Below, one piece after another: positions 1 to 9,456 of a stretch of 64,000 bases of DNA. The translations under genes and the position numbers were made by a program. The DNA comes from Candidatus Woesearchaeota archaeon (GTDB taxonomy: Archaea > Nanobdellota > Nanobdellia > Woesearchaeales > GCA-2686295): contig CALDOJ010000034.1 in assembly GCA_937912225.1 (NCBI GenBank), forward strand, positions 556 to 64,555. Direction: 5' to 3'. The first letter of the stretch is position 1. The number at the start of each line of letters is the position of its first letter. Below the pieces are notes generated by a model. The model had not been told where the DNA came from, ran no database searches, and saw only the letters and a program-made list of their open reading frames with translations.

Positions 1-1457
1 GCTTCTTCTTTCATCTTTTCAATGTCCGCTTCTGAAAGGTTACTTGACGCAGTTATTTTGATGCTTTGTTCTTTTCCAGTTCCTAAATCTTTTGCATTTA
101 CATGAACTATTCCATTTGCATCAATATCAAATGTAACTTCTACTTGAGGTATTCCTCTTGGTGCTGGCGGTAGTCCTACTAAGTCAAATTGACCTAATAA
201 TTTATTATCAGCAGCCATGCTTCTTTCTCCTTGGAATACTCTGATTGTTACTGCTGTTTGATTATCGGCTGCAGTACTAAAGACTTGACTTTTCTTGCTT
301 GGAATAGTGGTGTTTCTTTCTATTAAACTAGTCATTACGCCTCCCAAAGTTTCAATTCCTAAACTTAGTGGTGTTACGTCTAATAGTAAAACATCTTTTA
401 CTTCTCCACCTAAGATTCCTGCTTGAATTGCAGCTCCTAATGCTACTGCTTCGTCAGGGTTTACGCTTTTATCCCCTTCTTTACCAGTAATAGTTTTTAC
501 TAAAGCTTCAACTGATGGAATTCTTGTACTTCCACCAACCAATATTACTTTGTTGATGTCACTTGAAGACATTTTCGCATCTTTTAGTGCTAATTGTGTT
601 GGAACTTTTAATCGTTCTAAGATTGGTTCTAGCATATTTTCGAATTCTGCTCTTGACAAATCCAAGTTTAAATGTTGTTTTTCTGCAATAAAAGGTATGT
701 TAACATTTGCTTTAACTTTTGTTGACAACTCAATTTTTAATTTTTCAGCTGCTTCTTTTAGTCTTTGCATCGCAGTTTTATCAGATGTTAAATCAATTCC
801 TTCTTTGTTTTTGAATTGTTCTGCCATCCAGTCTACTAGCATTTTATCAATATCATCTCCACCTAAGTTGTTATCTCCGTTTGTTGCTTTTACTTCAAAG
901 ACTCCATCTCCTAGTTCTAAAATTGATACGTCAAAGGTTCCGCCTCCAAAATCAAATACTAATATTGTATGATCATGTCCTTTGTCTAATCCGTATGCTA
1001 AGCTTGCTGCTGTTGGTTCGTTAATTATTCTTAAGACTTCTAATCCTGCAATTTTTCCTGCGTCTTTTGTTGCTTGTCTTTGACTATCTTCAAAGTATGC
1101 AGGAACTGTGATTACTGCTTGAGTTACTTCATGTCCTAAATATGCTTCTGCATCTTTTTTTAGTTTTTGAAGAACCATTGCACTAATTTCTTGTGGCGAG
1201 TAGTCTTTATCCCAAATTTTAGCTTTAAAATCTGAACCCATCTTTCTTTTAATACTTGAAACTGTGTGTTCTGGATTTGTAACTGCTTGGTTTCTAGCTA
1301 CTTGTCCTACTAATCTTTCTCCATCTTTAGTTACACTAACTACTGATGGCGTTGTTCTTTGTCCTTCAGCATTTGATATTATTATCGGCTTTCCACCTTC
1401 TAATACTGATACTGCTGAAAATGTTGTTCCTAAATCAATTCCAATTATTTTTCCCAT
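1..1457 (-). CDS. dnaK: Molecular chaperone DnaK (Hsp70). The C-terminal part runs off the window edge; the N-terminus is at 1457.
   Basis: Minus-strand translation gives [24 protein letters not shown]..., DLGGGTFD and the GQFDL...[16 protein letters not shown] hallmark motifs. The plus-strand ORFs listed here are antisense artefacts. Confidence 0.95.
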   Translation of the reverse strand, partial: MGKIIGIDLGTTFSAVSVLEGGKPIIISNAEGQRTTPSVVSVTKDGERLVGQVARNQAVTNPEHTVSSIKRKMGSDFKAKIWDKDYSPQEISAMVLQKLKKDAEAYLGHEVTQAVITVPAYFEDSQRQATKDAGKIAGLEVLRIINEPTAASLAYGLDKGHDHTILVFDFGGGTFDVSILELGDGVFEVKATNGDNNLGGDDIDKMLVDWMAEQFKNKEGIDLTSDKTAMQRLKEAAEKLKIELSTKVKANVNIPFIAEKQHLNLDLSRAEFENMLEPILERLKVPTQLALKDAKMSSSDINKVILVGGSTRIPSVEALVKTITGKEGDKSVNPDEAVALGAAIQAGILGGEVKDVLLLDVTPLSLGIETLGGVMTSLIERNTTIPSKKSQVFSTAADNQTAVTIRVFQGERSMAADNKLLGQFDLVGLPPAPRGIPQVEVTFDIDANGIVHVNAKDLGTGKEQSIKITASSNLSEADIEKMKEE

Positions 1458-1543
1458 TTTATTTACCTCGTGTTTATTTTTTTAGATTCTATTTTTTCGA
1501 TACCATCAAAAAACTTTGTTTTTTGGGGGGTCCCAAAACACAG

Positions 1544-2005
1544 TTAGTGTTTTGATACTTTTACTTTTGAGTGCCTTAACACTTTATCTTTGATCATATA
1601 TCCTTTTTGTAATTCTTCAAGGACGGTGTTTGGTTCTTTTTTTGATTTCTCCGTTAATAATGCTTCATGAAGGTATGGATCAAATTGTTTGTTCACTGCA
1701 ATTATTGGCTGCAATCCTTTATCTTCCAGCATTTGTAATAGCTGAGCATATATTAGCTCCATTCCTTTTGAGAAATCTGTTTTTTCAGTGTTGCTTTTCA
1801 ATGCTAGTTCAAAGTTGTCTATTATTAATAGCAATTCTTTGATTAAGTTTTGTTCTGCTCGTTCTTTAAATTGAATTATTTCTTGTTCTGTTCGCTTTCG
1901 GTAGTTGTCAAACTCTGCTTGTAATCTTTGTAAGGTATCTATAAGTTCGCCTATCCTTCGATCTTTCTCGTCAATAGTTTGTTTTTTTATTGCTTTCTTA
2001 ACCAT
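1544..2005 (-). CDS. grpE: Nucleotide exchange factor GrpE
   Basis: 153 aa with a coiled-coil N-terminus and a GrpE-like C-terminus (KGLQPI...FDPYLHEAL). It lies directly upstream of dnaK on the same strand. Confidence 0.9.
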   Translation of the reverse strand: MVKKAIKKQTIDEKDRRIGELIDTLQRLQAEFDNYRKRTEQEIIQFKERAEQNLIKELLLIIDNFELALKSNTEKTDFSKGMELIYAQLLQMLEDKGLQPIIAVNKQFDPYLHEALLTEKSKKEPNTVLEELQKGYMIKDKVLRHSKVKVSKH

Positions 2006-2066
2006 TTCAAATCCTCTTTTCCGTTGACTTTAAATCAACGAAGTTTAAGTTAGGTAGTACCAAGGC

Positions 2067-2108
2067 ATATATAAAGCTTTCGATTTCGCAAATCATTTAT
2101 TAACTACT
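2067..2108 (-). promoter_or_regulatory. Putative archaeal-type promoter of grpE-dnaK: the AGTAGTTA box, a BRE-like cgaaag and the TATA box tttatata, read on the minus strand.
   Basis: The minus strand reads cagtagttaataaatgatttgcgaaatcgaaagctttatatat about 60-100 nt upstream of the grpE start. The same arrangement recurs at 35648 and 46812. Confidence 0.4.
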
Positions 2109-2162
2109 GTGCAGGAGTTAAAAAAAGAAACATTTATATATTAGAAGTATTAATAATAAAAT

Positions 2163-2834
2163 ATGAATTGGAAGAATATTCTTTTAACAAGCGTATTAAT
2201 AGCAACTACTCTATATAATTGCAAGCCACATACAGAATTAAAAATTAGTAACAACACTGGTAAAAAAACATTCATTTCTCAAGAAGAAGGAGAACAGGAT
2301 CTTCAAATATTAGCGCAATACAAAAATAAAGAAGATGCATGGATATATTTTGATGGAATGTGGGCTGATATTGGAACCAACATAACAAACAACAGTGTTA
2401 GCAAATCTAATAGTACAATTCTTAATGCAATCCCTGAAGATGTCTTGTCATCCATAACAATTCATGAATACCACACACATCCAGGTAACGAATTCATTAA
2501 CAATACCCCACCAGGACCAAGCGATTATAAATCTTTAGCTGAAAATAAAAAATTTCTAAGAGCACAGCGAAACGTTAATGTTGTTGGAAATGTAGTTACA
2601 GCAACAGGTGTTTGGACTTACGACTTAACTCGACATTTAACATATAAATTAACAAGTCCACAAGAACAATTACAAAAAAAAGTATCATCACAATTATCAG
2701 AACAAACATTCTACTTGGCAGGAAGAGTTTTCACAAATCCTGATTTAAACAAAGAAGAACAAATTCAATCATTTATAGACTCTATGAAAGTTGAAGGCGT
2801 ATTAATGCAATATAAACCGTTTGAAAAAAACTAA
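2163..2834 (+). CDS. Hypothetical secreted protein or lipoprotein with an HTHPG motif that resembles JAB/MPN
   Basis: N-terminal hydrophobic signal with Cys at residue 20 (LYNC), which looks like a lipobox. IHEYHTHPGNE...PSD resembles the JAMM H-x-H-P...S..D metal-binding motif, but the spacing is atypical. RBS and start are plausible. Confidence 0.5.
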   Translation: MNWKNILLTSVLIATTLYNCKPHTELKISNNTGKKTFISQEEGEQDLQILAQYKNKEDAWIYFDGMWADIGTNITNNSVSKSNSTILNAIPEDVLSSITIHEYHTHPGNEFINNTPPGPSDYKSLAENKKFLRAQRNVNVVGNVVTATGVWTYDLTRHLTYKLTSPQEQLQKKVSSQLSEQTFYLAGRVFTNPDLNKEEQIQSFIDSMKVEGVLMQYKPFEKN

Positions 2835-2839
2835 CTCAC

Positions 2840-3655
2840 TTATTCTTTAACAAAAACATTCAAGTCTTCTAACTCCATAGAATAAGGTATTAAATAATCC
2901 GTTCCTTTAGAAGAACCAGCCCAATTATAACCGTCATATGATAATCTCTCAGCAACCTCCATAAAAGGATTTGCAGGAGTGCCTATAACTATTGCACCAA
3001 AATTTAAAGGAATTGAAGGATAACGGTTTTCTAAAAAATCCAACACATCATGACCTCCCTTCATCAACAAAGTGTTTGTTGCACAATTATATTCAGGAAT
3101 AATCTCAGGTTTCTCAGCATCACCAGTAACTCGAAATGGCTTCTGAGATTCGTCAATTATATCTTGTGATTTTAAAGTACTAACTATATCGTTAATTCGC
3201 GCATCAGAGTAAGTATCTACATCCCACCACATATTAGGAACTTCTTCTTCTTGATAAAAACCAATATCCTGAAAAACAACTTTGTCAAAAATTCTTAACC
3301 AATAAAAATCAACTCCTGAAAAAGGATAATAACATTCGCCCTTAACAGATTCTGGCAGAAAAGAAGCAATGTTATCCAATACTCGAACAGCTTCGTTCAT
3401 TGCAGGATAACCTTCTTTTGCTTCTAAAGCTTCAAGTTCTCTATATCCATTCACATAACCAACCCATTCAACAGCAACAGCATTATGCATTCTAGAAATA
3501 AAATCTTGATCTTCAAGAGCTTTTTTTAAGTTACCATCATATTCGTTTCCAAGCATGTTTGTTGCAGTACTTAATGCTCGTTTATGAGCTGCTTTTATAC
3601 TCGATTCAAGGTTTATACGCTCAGCAGATTTAGTCATTGTGATTGTTAGGGCCAT
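2840..3655 (-). CDS. Hypothetical protein (271 aa)
   Basis: Long ORF with non-repetitive composition. Its start overlaps the stop of the upstream gene 3630..4442 by 26 nt in a different frame, which suggests a coupled pair or a frameshift. Confidence 0.55.
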   Translation of the reverse strand: MALTITMTKSAERINLESSIKAAHKRALSTATNMLGNEYDGNLKKALEDQDFISRMHNAVAVEWVGYVNGYRELEALEAKEGYPAMNEAVRVLDNIASFLPESVKGECYYPFSGVDFYWLRIFDKVVFQDIGFYQEEEVPNMWWDVDTYSDARINDIVSTLKSQDIIDESQKPFRVTGDAEKPEIIPEYNCATNTLLMKGGHDVLDFLENRYPSIPLNFGAIVIGTPANPFMEVAERLSYDGYNWAGSSKGTDYLIPYSMELEDLNVFVKE

Positions 3656-4442
3656 TTAGATATTTCTCTTTAAAAGCTTTAATTGGATGAATTGCTACAC
3701 TTGCTTTAATCGGATGAGCTAACCAATACAAAGCACCTCCAAGTTGTTTTACAGGAGTATAAATTTCTTCTTTACCACCAAACTCTTCAAGATGATCTTT
3801 GACATAAGTTTTGCCAGTTTTCTTTACATGATCAAGTTCAATTCTAGAAATATTATAACCTTCTCTTAAATCAGCTTTAAACTGTTGAAATGCATTCCTA
3901 GTATATATACTGTCTCTTTGAAGTTCAATAGGAGCGCCATACCATTGTTTAATTGCATTGCTTAATCCAGTAGTTAAAAAAACTGATTCTGAGCTTGGAT
4001 TAATTATATCTTCCATTAAATCTCTTATTGTTTGATTATGTTCGCCACACATACAGTTTATAACCGCTTTGTCAAGATCATTTTCTTCAGACATTAATTT
4101 AAACTGTCTTATTAATCGACCATTATCAAGCGTTAAAGGAAACTCTCTTCGATAATCATCTATTTTGTCTATGATTGATAATCCCATTTTATCACGCGCT
4201 TTTACATGTTCTAGAATTTCATTTGGAGAATAAAACTGTTTACCAGATTGTATTTTATCAGGAATTTGACCTAGTTTACCATAAGTATCAGAAAAGTTCC
4301 TAGTTTTTTTTCTTTCGTAACTATCAACCCATTCAGAAAGTCCGTCTTCAATTATTTGCTGTATTGCAGGATTATGAGAAGTTAAATCAGTTTCTCTAAT
4401 TAATTCAACAAGTTCGTCAAAAGTATGTTTTTCAGTCATCAA
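3630..4442 (-). CDS. Hypothetical protein (270 aa)
   Basis: Long ORF with a CMCGEH motif and no recognisable family. First gene of a two-gene minus-strand unit. Confidence 0.55.
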   Translation of the reverse strand: MMTEKHTFDELVELIRETDLTSHNPAIQQIIEDGLSEWVDSYERKKTRNFSDTYGKLGQIPDKIQSGKQFYSPNEILEHVKARDKMGLSIIDKIDDYRREFPLTLDNGRLIRQFKLMSEENDLDKAVINCMCGEHNQTIRDLMEDIINPSSESVFLTTGLSNAIKQWYGAPIELQRDSIYTRNAFQQFKADLREGYNISRIELDHVKKTGKTYVKDHLEEFGGKEEIYTPVKQLGGALYWLAHPIKASVAIHPIKAFKEKYLNGPNNHND

Positions 4443-4590
4443 GCATCACCTATTACTCGAAGGAATACAGAATAATTTATAAAACTATTTCTTAATAACC
4501 ACTTAAAAGTTAATAATAATTAAATCAACATAAATCATTTTAATAAAACACAAATTCAAAACCTTTTTAAATTATTGTCAATACAACACT

Positions 4591-5280
4591 ATGATGAGTC
4601 TGGAAAATCGAAATCAAAATATTCTTTTAACAGTAGATATCATTGTTTTCTCAGTTATGCATGATAAATTAAATGTTCTTCTTATCAAAAGAAAAAACCC
4701 TCCTTTTCAAGGAGAATACGCTTTACCAGGTGGTTTTGTGAAAGATGATGAAGATTTACAAGAAGCTGCTAGACGAGAGTTAGTTGAAGAAACTAATGTT
4801 AAAAACATTTTCATGAAAAAATTGAATGTTTATGGTAAAGTTGATAGAGACCCTAGAGGTAGAGTTGTAAGTGCAGCTTACATTGCTTTAATTGACCATG
4901 AAAAGTTTCAATTAAAAGCTACAACTGATGCTTTAAAAGCAGAATGGATTCCATATGAGCACATTAAAGTTTTAGCTTTTGATCATAAAAAAATTTTATC
5001 TGAAGCATTAAAAGAATTAAGATATGATGTTCAAACAACAAATATTGCATCCCAATTATTACCTAATAGATTTACACTCACAGAACTTCAAAGATTGTAT
5101 GAAACCATATTAAACCAAGAACTTGATAAAAGAAATTTCAGGAAAAAAATAAAAACTTTCGAGATTCTAAAACCATTGAATGAAACTAAGATGGAAGGCG
5201 CGCATAGACCTGCTCAATTATTTTCATTTAAAGAAAAAGATTATCAACCATTAAAGGATAAAATTAAAGTATTTCTTTAA
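4591..5280 (+). CDS. Nudix-related transcriptional regulator (NrtR-like): an N-terminal Nudix domain with a C-terminal winged helix
   Basis: Nudix box GGFVKDDEDLQEAARRELVEETNV. The C-terminal ~80 aa (FTLTELQRLYETILNQELDKRNFRKK) has the wHTH pattern of NrtR/ADP-ribose-responsive regulators. It sits next to the nadBAC operon. Confidence 0.65.
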   Translation: MMSLENRNQNILLTVDIIVFSVMHDKLNVLLIKRKNPPFQGEYALPGGFVKDDEDLQEAARRELVEETNVKNIFMKKLNVYGKVDRDPRGRVVSAAYIALIDHEKFQLKATTDALKAEWIPYEHIKVLAFDHKKILSEALKELRYDVQTTNIASQLLPNRFTLTELQRLYETILNQELDKRNFRKKIKTFEILKPLNETKMEGAHRPAQLFSFKEKDYQPLKDKIKVFL

Positions 5281-5282
5281 TT

Positions 5283-5855
5283 ATGAAAATGTATAGAAGA
5301 CTAAATGAGTTTTATAAAGCTCAAAAATGGAAAGAAAATCACCCTTTAACTAAACTTGGTAAAGTCTTTAAAATTATTACACTAACTTCTTTTTGTTATT
5401 TTGGTTTAAACACAGGCCATAATTTGTATCAAGATAAACAACTCATGTTTTCAGAAACAGGTCAAGAAATCATTCATCTTGAGAAAGTAAACCTTTCTTT
5501 AAACATGGAGAAAGCAAATCTTAAAAAAAATAACGCGAATTCTTATAGGTTAAATAATGCTTTTGAAGATTATGAATTAATTATTAATCAAGATTCAACT
5601 ATTAAAACTCAATTAAATGAACTTGCCGGCAGAAATGAATGTGAGAAAAAAATTGCAAGCATAGAATCAATAGTTTCAACTATTGAAGAAAAAGTTGATT
5701 CTTTGGAAAGTTCAGAACCTTATAAAGAAACATTAGACTCAATAAATAACAATACTAAAAAAAATGGTCTTATTGCTTTAATTTCATGTTTAGGTGTTTT
5801 CTTATCTTTGAAAATAGAAACTGTTGGCTATGAAAAAAAAGAACGAGAATATTAA
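5283..5855 (+). CDS. Hypothetical membrane-anchored coiled-coil protein
   Basis: 190 aa with an N-terminal hydrophobic segment, a coiled-coil middle and a C-terminal hydrophobic segment. It is spaced 2 nt from the preceding gene. Confidence 0.45.
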   Translation: MKMYRRLNEFYKAQKWKENHPLTKLGKVFKIITLTSFCYFGLNTGHNLYQDKQLMFSETGQEIIHLEKVNLSLNMEKANLKKNNANSYRLNNAFEDYELIINQDSTIKTQLNELAGRNECEKKIASIESIVSTIEEKVDSLESSEPYKETLDSINNNTKKNGLIALISCLGVFLSLKIETVGYEKKEREY

Positions 5856-5883
5856 TTCAAAATTAAATGTCGTTATAAAAAAA

Positions 5884-6279
5884 TTATTCTTTACTTCGTC
5901 TTGTTTGTATGTTCCAATCAGGCAAATCTTTTTCTAACAATCTTAATTGAGCAGTATTTATAGGCAGATTATAATGAAAGTCAAGACCTTCAAAAATCAT
6001 TAGTTGATATTTATGATGAGCTCTTACTTCGCCTGTTCCTCGTAGATGATACTCGTGACCAACAGGCGCTGGAACTTGACCGCTTATGCCTTTTAATGGC
6101 TCGCACATTTCATAACTAACTTCATTTTCATCAAGAAAAGATTTTAACATATCAGGATGTTGTACACCAACTTTGTCAAATATAATATAATTTTGTCCAC
6201 GCAGTTCTAACTGAACCACATTATTAATACATCTATCTTGAGGGGTGTTTACCATCTTGACTAAAGTTGGTTTGTTCAT
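5884..6279 (-). CDS. Hypothetical protein (131 aa)
   Basis: ORF with the His-rich motif HEYHLRGTGEVRAHH. No family assignment. Confidence 0.45.
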   Translation of the reverse strand: MNKPTLVKMVNTPQDRCINNVVQLELRGQNYIIFDKVGVQHPDMLKSFLDENEVSYEMCEPLKGISGQVPAPVGHEYHLRGTGEVRAHHKYQLMIFEGLDFHYNLPINTAQLRLLEKDLPDWNIQTRRSKE

Positions 6280-6358
6280 TTTAAATCTGTGAGTAAAATT
6301 TAATAAAAAGAATTAAAAATTCATATATAAAGATTTGCTTAATAAGAATAGAAAACAA

Positions 6359-6754
6359 TTATTCTATCATAGAAGTGTGCATGATCTCAATTACAAAATT
6401 AATGAACAAGTCTGGTAAGTCAAACCACAATTCAATATCAGACCAACCACCTTGTCTGAAAGTTAAACCTTTATTTTCAGCCCATTGTTTGATTTTTTCA
6501 ACATCTTCTTTATGAGTAGTTGATATGAATGCAATATGAGTATTAATTTTTTTTTCAATTGGAAGAATTTGTTGATCTTCAGTTTCAATTATTTGAATAT
6601 CAATAGATAGAGGTTTTTGTTGAAACATACACCATCGTTCATCTCCTTCTCTGTAAGTCATCTCGCAACCTAATTGTTCAAAGAGTTCTATAATTAATTC
6701 TAAACTATTTGGTCTTATATCATATGCAAAATGATGTAATTTTGAGTTCATCAT
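6359..6754 (-). CDS. Hypothetical protein, possibly VOC/glyoxalase-like
   Basis: 131 aa. The HHFAYDIRPNSLELIIELFEQLG beta-alpha pattern is weakly reminiscent of the VOC fold. Unverified. Confidence 0.4.
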   Translation of the reverse strand: MMNSKLHHFAYDIRPNSLELIIELFEQLGCEMTYREGDERWCMFQQKPLSIDIQIIETEDQQILPIEKKINTHIAFISTTHKEDVEKIKQWAENKGLTFRQGGWSDIELWFDLPDLFINFVIEIMHTSMIE

Positions 6755-6816
6755 TATTAGTTAGAAATCAATCTTTAAAAATTTTTAGAAAGAATAGACA
6801 TCCAATCTATATACTT

Positions 6817-6925
6817 AAAAACCACAATATTTATATATGGTAAGTGTTTAACTAACACTAAGATAATAAAACAACACTCATTTTTGCAAAAGACTAAGTG
6901 TAAAAAAAACAATAAGGCAATCAAA
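6817..6925 (+). repeat. Copy A of a ~105-nt conserved intergenic element. It has a TATA-like box followed by two inverted-repeat pairs built from AGTGT/ACACT half-sites.
   Basis: aaaaccacaatatttatatatggtaagtgtttaactaacactaagataataaaacaacactcatttttgcaaaagactaagtgtaaaa. It is near-identical to 16805-16912. It lies upstream of the operon that contains nadBAC. Confidence 0.75.
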
Positions 6926-6976
6926 AGCAATGCTTTTGGGTCTGGAAATAAAAAATAAAATTTCAAGGTGAAACAA

Positions 6977-7390
6977 ATGAGCAAAGAAAACTTGGTGGAA
7001 AAAGTCGTACAATACGTAAAACGTGCAGAACAAGAAAAAGACATCCCTTCATACCCAATAGATGAAGAAGACACTTACAAATACATAACAGGCAATTCTA
7101 GTGAACGAAGCAATGATCGAAGAACAGGAGGAATATACACTGGAAGATTCATTGATGTTGTAGCAACAATAGTTCAAAAATCTGATTTCTATGGTTTCTG
7201 GTGTAGCGAAGTTAACAATTCAAGCAACGGATACTTAATTCATTACAGACCTCAAATCGAAACAGTAAATGAAATTGAAGGACTTGACGACTATGTTATA
7301 AAAATACAAACTCTAGAAGAGGAAGCAGAGCAACTAGGTGTAAAACTAGAAGGATTAAACAAACAAATAGAAGAGAATTATTCAAAATAA
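6977..7390 (+). CDS. Hypothetical protein (138 aa). An alternative GTG start is at 6968.
   Basis: An ORF with a ggtga RBS before the ATG at 6977. First gene downstream of conserved element copy A. Confidence 0.5.
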   Translation: MSKENLVEKVVQYVKRAEQEKDIPSYPIDEEDTYKYITGNSSERSNDRRTGGIYTGRFIDVVATIVQKSDFYGFWCSEVNNSSNGYLIHYRPQIETVNEIEGLDDYVIKIQTLEEEAEQLGVKLEGLNKQIEENYSK

Positions 7391-7400
7391 AAACAAAGAG

Positions 7401-7679
7401 GTGAACATAAAAATGGTATTAAACGCGAACGAAGTGGAAAAGAAAACTACTGCAGATAAAATAAAAATTACTCGATTAGAAACTTTAATTGATAAAGCAT
7501 TAAAAAGAAATTTTCGAGGAAGTCATAGCTCAGTAATTTTTGAATATGAAACTGCAATAACTGCACTTAAACCATATCACTTACAAGAATTATTTAATGA
7601 ATATAGACAACAAGGTTGGGACGTTCAAGAACATTCAGACCAAAGAGAAGGAGAATACATCACTTTTTCAAAAAAATGA
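7401..7679 (+). CDS. Hypothetical protein (92 aa)
   Basis: ORF with RBS gaggtga, lying between the previous gene and nadB. Confidence 0.45.
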   Translation: MNIKMVLNANEVEKKTTADKIKITRLETLIDKALKRNFRGSHSSVIFEYETAITALKPYHLQELFNEYRQQGWDVQEHSDQREGEYITFSKK

Positions 7680-7784
7680 AAGAATTAACTAAAAGACTTA
7701 AAGATAAAACAATATTACTAGGTGCAAAATGAAACAAACAAAATTTAAAATTTTGGAACTTCAAAATTATGCTGAGGTGAAATT

Positions 7785-9407
7785 TTGAAACAAATTGAAT
7801 TTTTAATCATTGGAAGTGGAATTGCAGGCCTTCGAGCAGCAATCGAACTAAGCAAGCAAGGAAAGCAATCAACAATCATAACCAAAACAACTGTTGAAGA
7901 CTCAAATACAATGTATGCGCAAGGAGGAATTGCAGGAGTAGATCCTGTAAGAGTTGCAAATAACGAAGATAGTTTTGAATCACATGCGAATGATACAATT
8001 AACGCTGGTAAAGGATTAGTTAATGAAACAGTTGCACACAACTTTGCAAATCAAGCTTATGAAACAATTGATTTCTTAATGCAAGAAGGAGTTGAATTTA
8101 CTAAAAATGGCAAAAGTTATCCTTATGAATTACATCAAGAAGGAGGCCATGAACATCCTAGAATTTATTGCGTTGGAGACTTTACAGGTAAGGCAATTGA
8201 AGAAACACTTGTAGAAGTTGTAAAAGCAGATCCGAACATCACAATCCTAGAACAACACTCAGCAATCAACTTAATTACAAATGAAAAGTGCTTAGGCGCT
8301 TACGTCTTAAATAGGGAAACTGAAGAAATCGTCACAATCCAAGCGAAGAAAACTTTCTTAGCAACAGGAGGGGCAGGAAGGGTTTTTCAATACACAAGTA
8401 ACCCTCAAAATGCAACTGGCGATGGAATTGCAATGGCTTACAAAGCAGGTGCAAGAATCGCTAACATGGAATTCGTCCAATTCCACCCTAGCGTACTCTA
8501 CGAAGAAAACCCTAAAGACCCTTCAGAAAAAAGATTCTTATTAACTGAGGCTTTAAGAGGAGCAAAAATGGGTGGAATCTTAACAAATGATAAAGAATCA
8601 TTAGAAGATTTCGTGCTTAATTATAACCAAGAAGGATCACATTCAACAAGAGATATCGTTGCAAGAGCAATCGATACTGAAATGAAAACAAAAGGACTAA
8701 AGAATGTTTGGCTTAATGTAACGCCAGTTGTTACTGGCAAAAGCGAAGAATACATTAAAGAACATTTTCCAAAAATTTATGAGAAATGCTTAGAAAAAGG
8801 TATTGATATAACTAAAGAAGCAGCTCCAGTTGTTCCTGCAGCACATTATACTTGCGGAGGAGTCTTAGTTAATGAACATGGAGAAACAGACATTCCTAAT
8901 TTATATGCAATAGGTGAAGTTTCATACACAGGACTAATGGGTGCAAATAGACTTGCTTCAAACTCATTAACAGAAGGAGCACTTTATGGAAGACTTGCTG
9001 TAGAACACGCATTAGAAACAGCAGATAATGAAGAATATCAAACAATTGCAGATTGGGAAACTAGTCAAATTAAAGAAAACATTGATGTTGCAACTAGAAA
9101 CCAGTTTTGGGATACAACAAGACAAATAATGAGCAATATGTGTGGAATTGACAGAACTGCAGAGCGATTAAGTCTAGCATCAACTACAATTGATGCATTG
9201 GCTGACGCCGCAAATGAATTTTACTGGAATCACTTTCCAACAGCTGAAATCATTGAATTAAGAAATATAACACAAGTTGCAAAACTAATAGTTGATTCAG
9301 CAAAACAACGAAAAGAAAGCAGGGGCGGACATTACCGTTCAGACTTTCCAGAAATGAATGAAGATTACAATACAATAACAATAATTCAAAAAGAATTATT
9401 AAACTAA
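7785..9407 (+). CDS. nadB: L-aspartate oxidase
   Basis: TTG start after RBS gaggtga. FAD-binding GSGIAGL, and family motifs of the NadB/succinate dehydrogenase flavoprotein family (HYTCGG, RGGHYRSDFP). Confidence 0.9.
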   Translation: MKQIEFLIIGSGIAGLRAAIELSKQGKQSTIITKTTVEDSNTMYAQGGIAGVDPVRVANNEDSFESHANDTINAGKGLVNETVAHNFANQAYETIDFLMQEGVEFTKNGKSYPYELHQEGGHEHPRIYCVGDFTGKAIEETLVEVVKADPNITILEQHSAINLITNEKCLGAYVLNRETEEIVTIQAKKTFLATGGAGRVFQYTSNPQNATGDGIAMAYKAGARIANMEFVQFHPSVLYEENPKDPSEKRFLLTEALRGAKMGGILTNDKESLEDFVLNYNQEGSHSTRDIVARAIDTEMKTKGLKNVWLNVTPVVTGKSEEYIKEHFPKIYEKCLEKGIDITKEAAPVVPAAHYTCGGVLVNEHGETDIPNLYAIGEVSYTGLMGANRLASNSLTEGALYGRLAVEHALETADNEEYQTIADWETSQIKENIDVATRNQFWDTTRQIMSNMCGIDRTAERLSLASTTIDALADAANEFYWNHFPTAEIIELRNITQVAKLIVDSAKQRKESRGGHYRSDFPEMNEDYNTITIIQKELLN

Positions 9408-9456
9408 AGTCTCGGAGAGATTTAAGTAACAATTGTACAGAAGGAGGCATAAAAAA

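Noticed and set aside
550-1555. Plus-strand ORFs 550..972, 1264..1485 and 1346..1555 in the ORF track
   Set aside because: They are antisense to the clearly coding dnaK minus-strand frame. Their low-complexity Ser/Phe/Leu-rich translations are typical of AT-rich antisense frames.
6775-7074. A minus-strand 99-aa ORF spanning the conserved intergenic element
   Set aside because: It overlaps the conserved regulatory element and the start of the plus-strand gene. It is hydrophobic and low-complexity, and no RBS is present.
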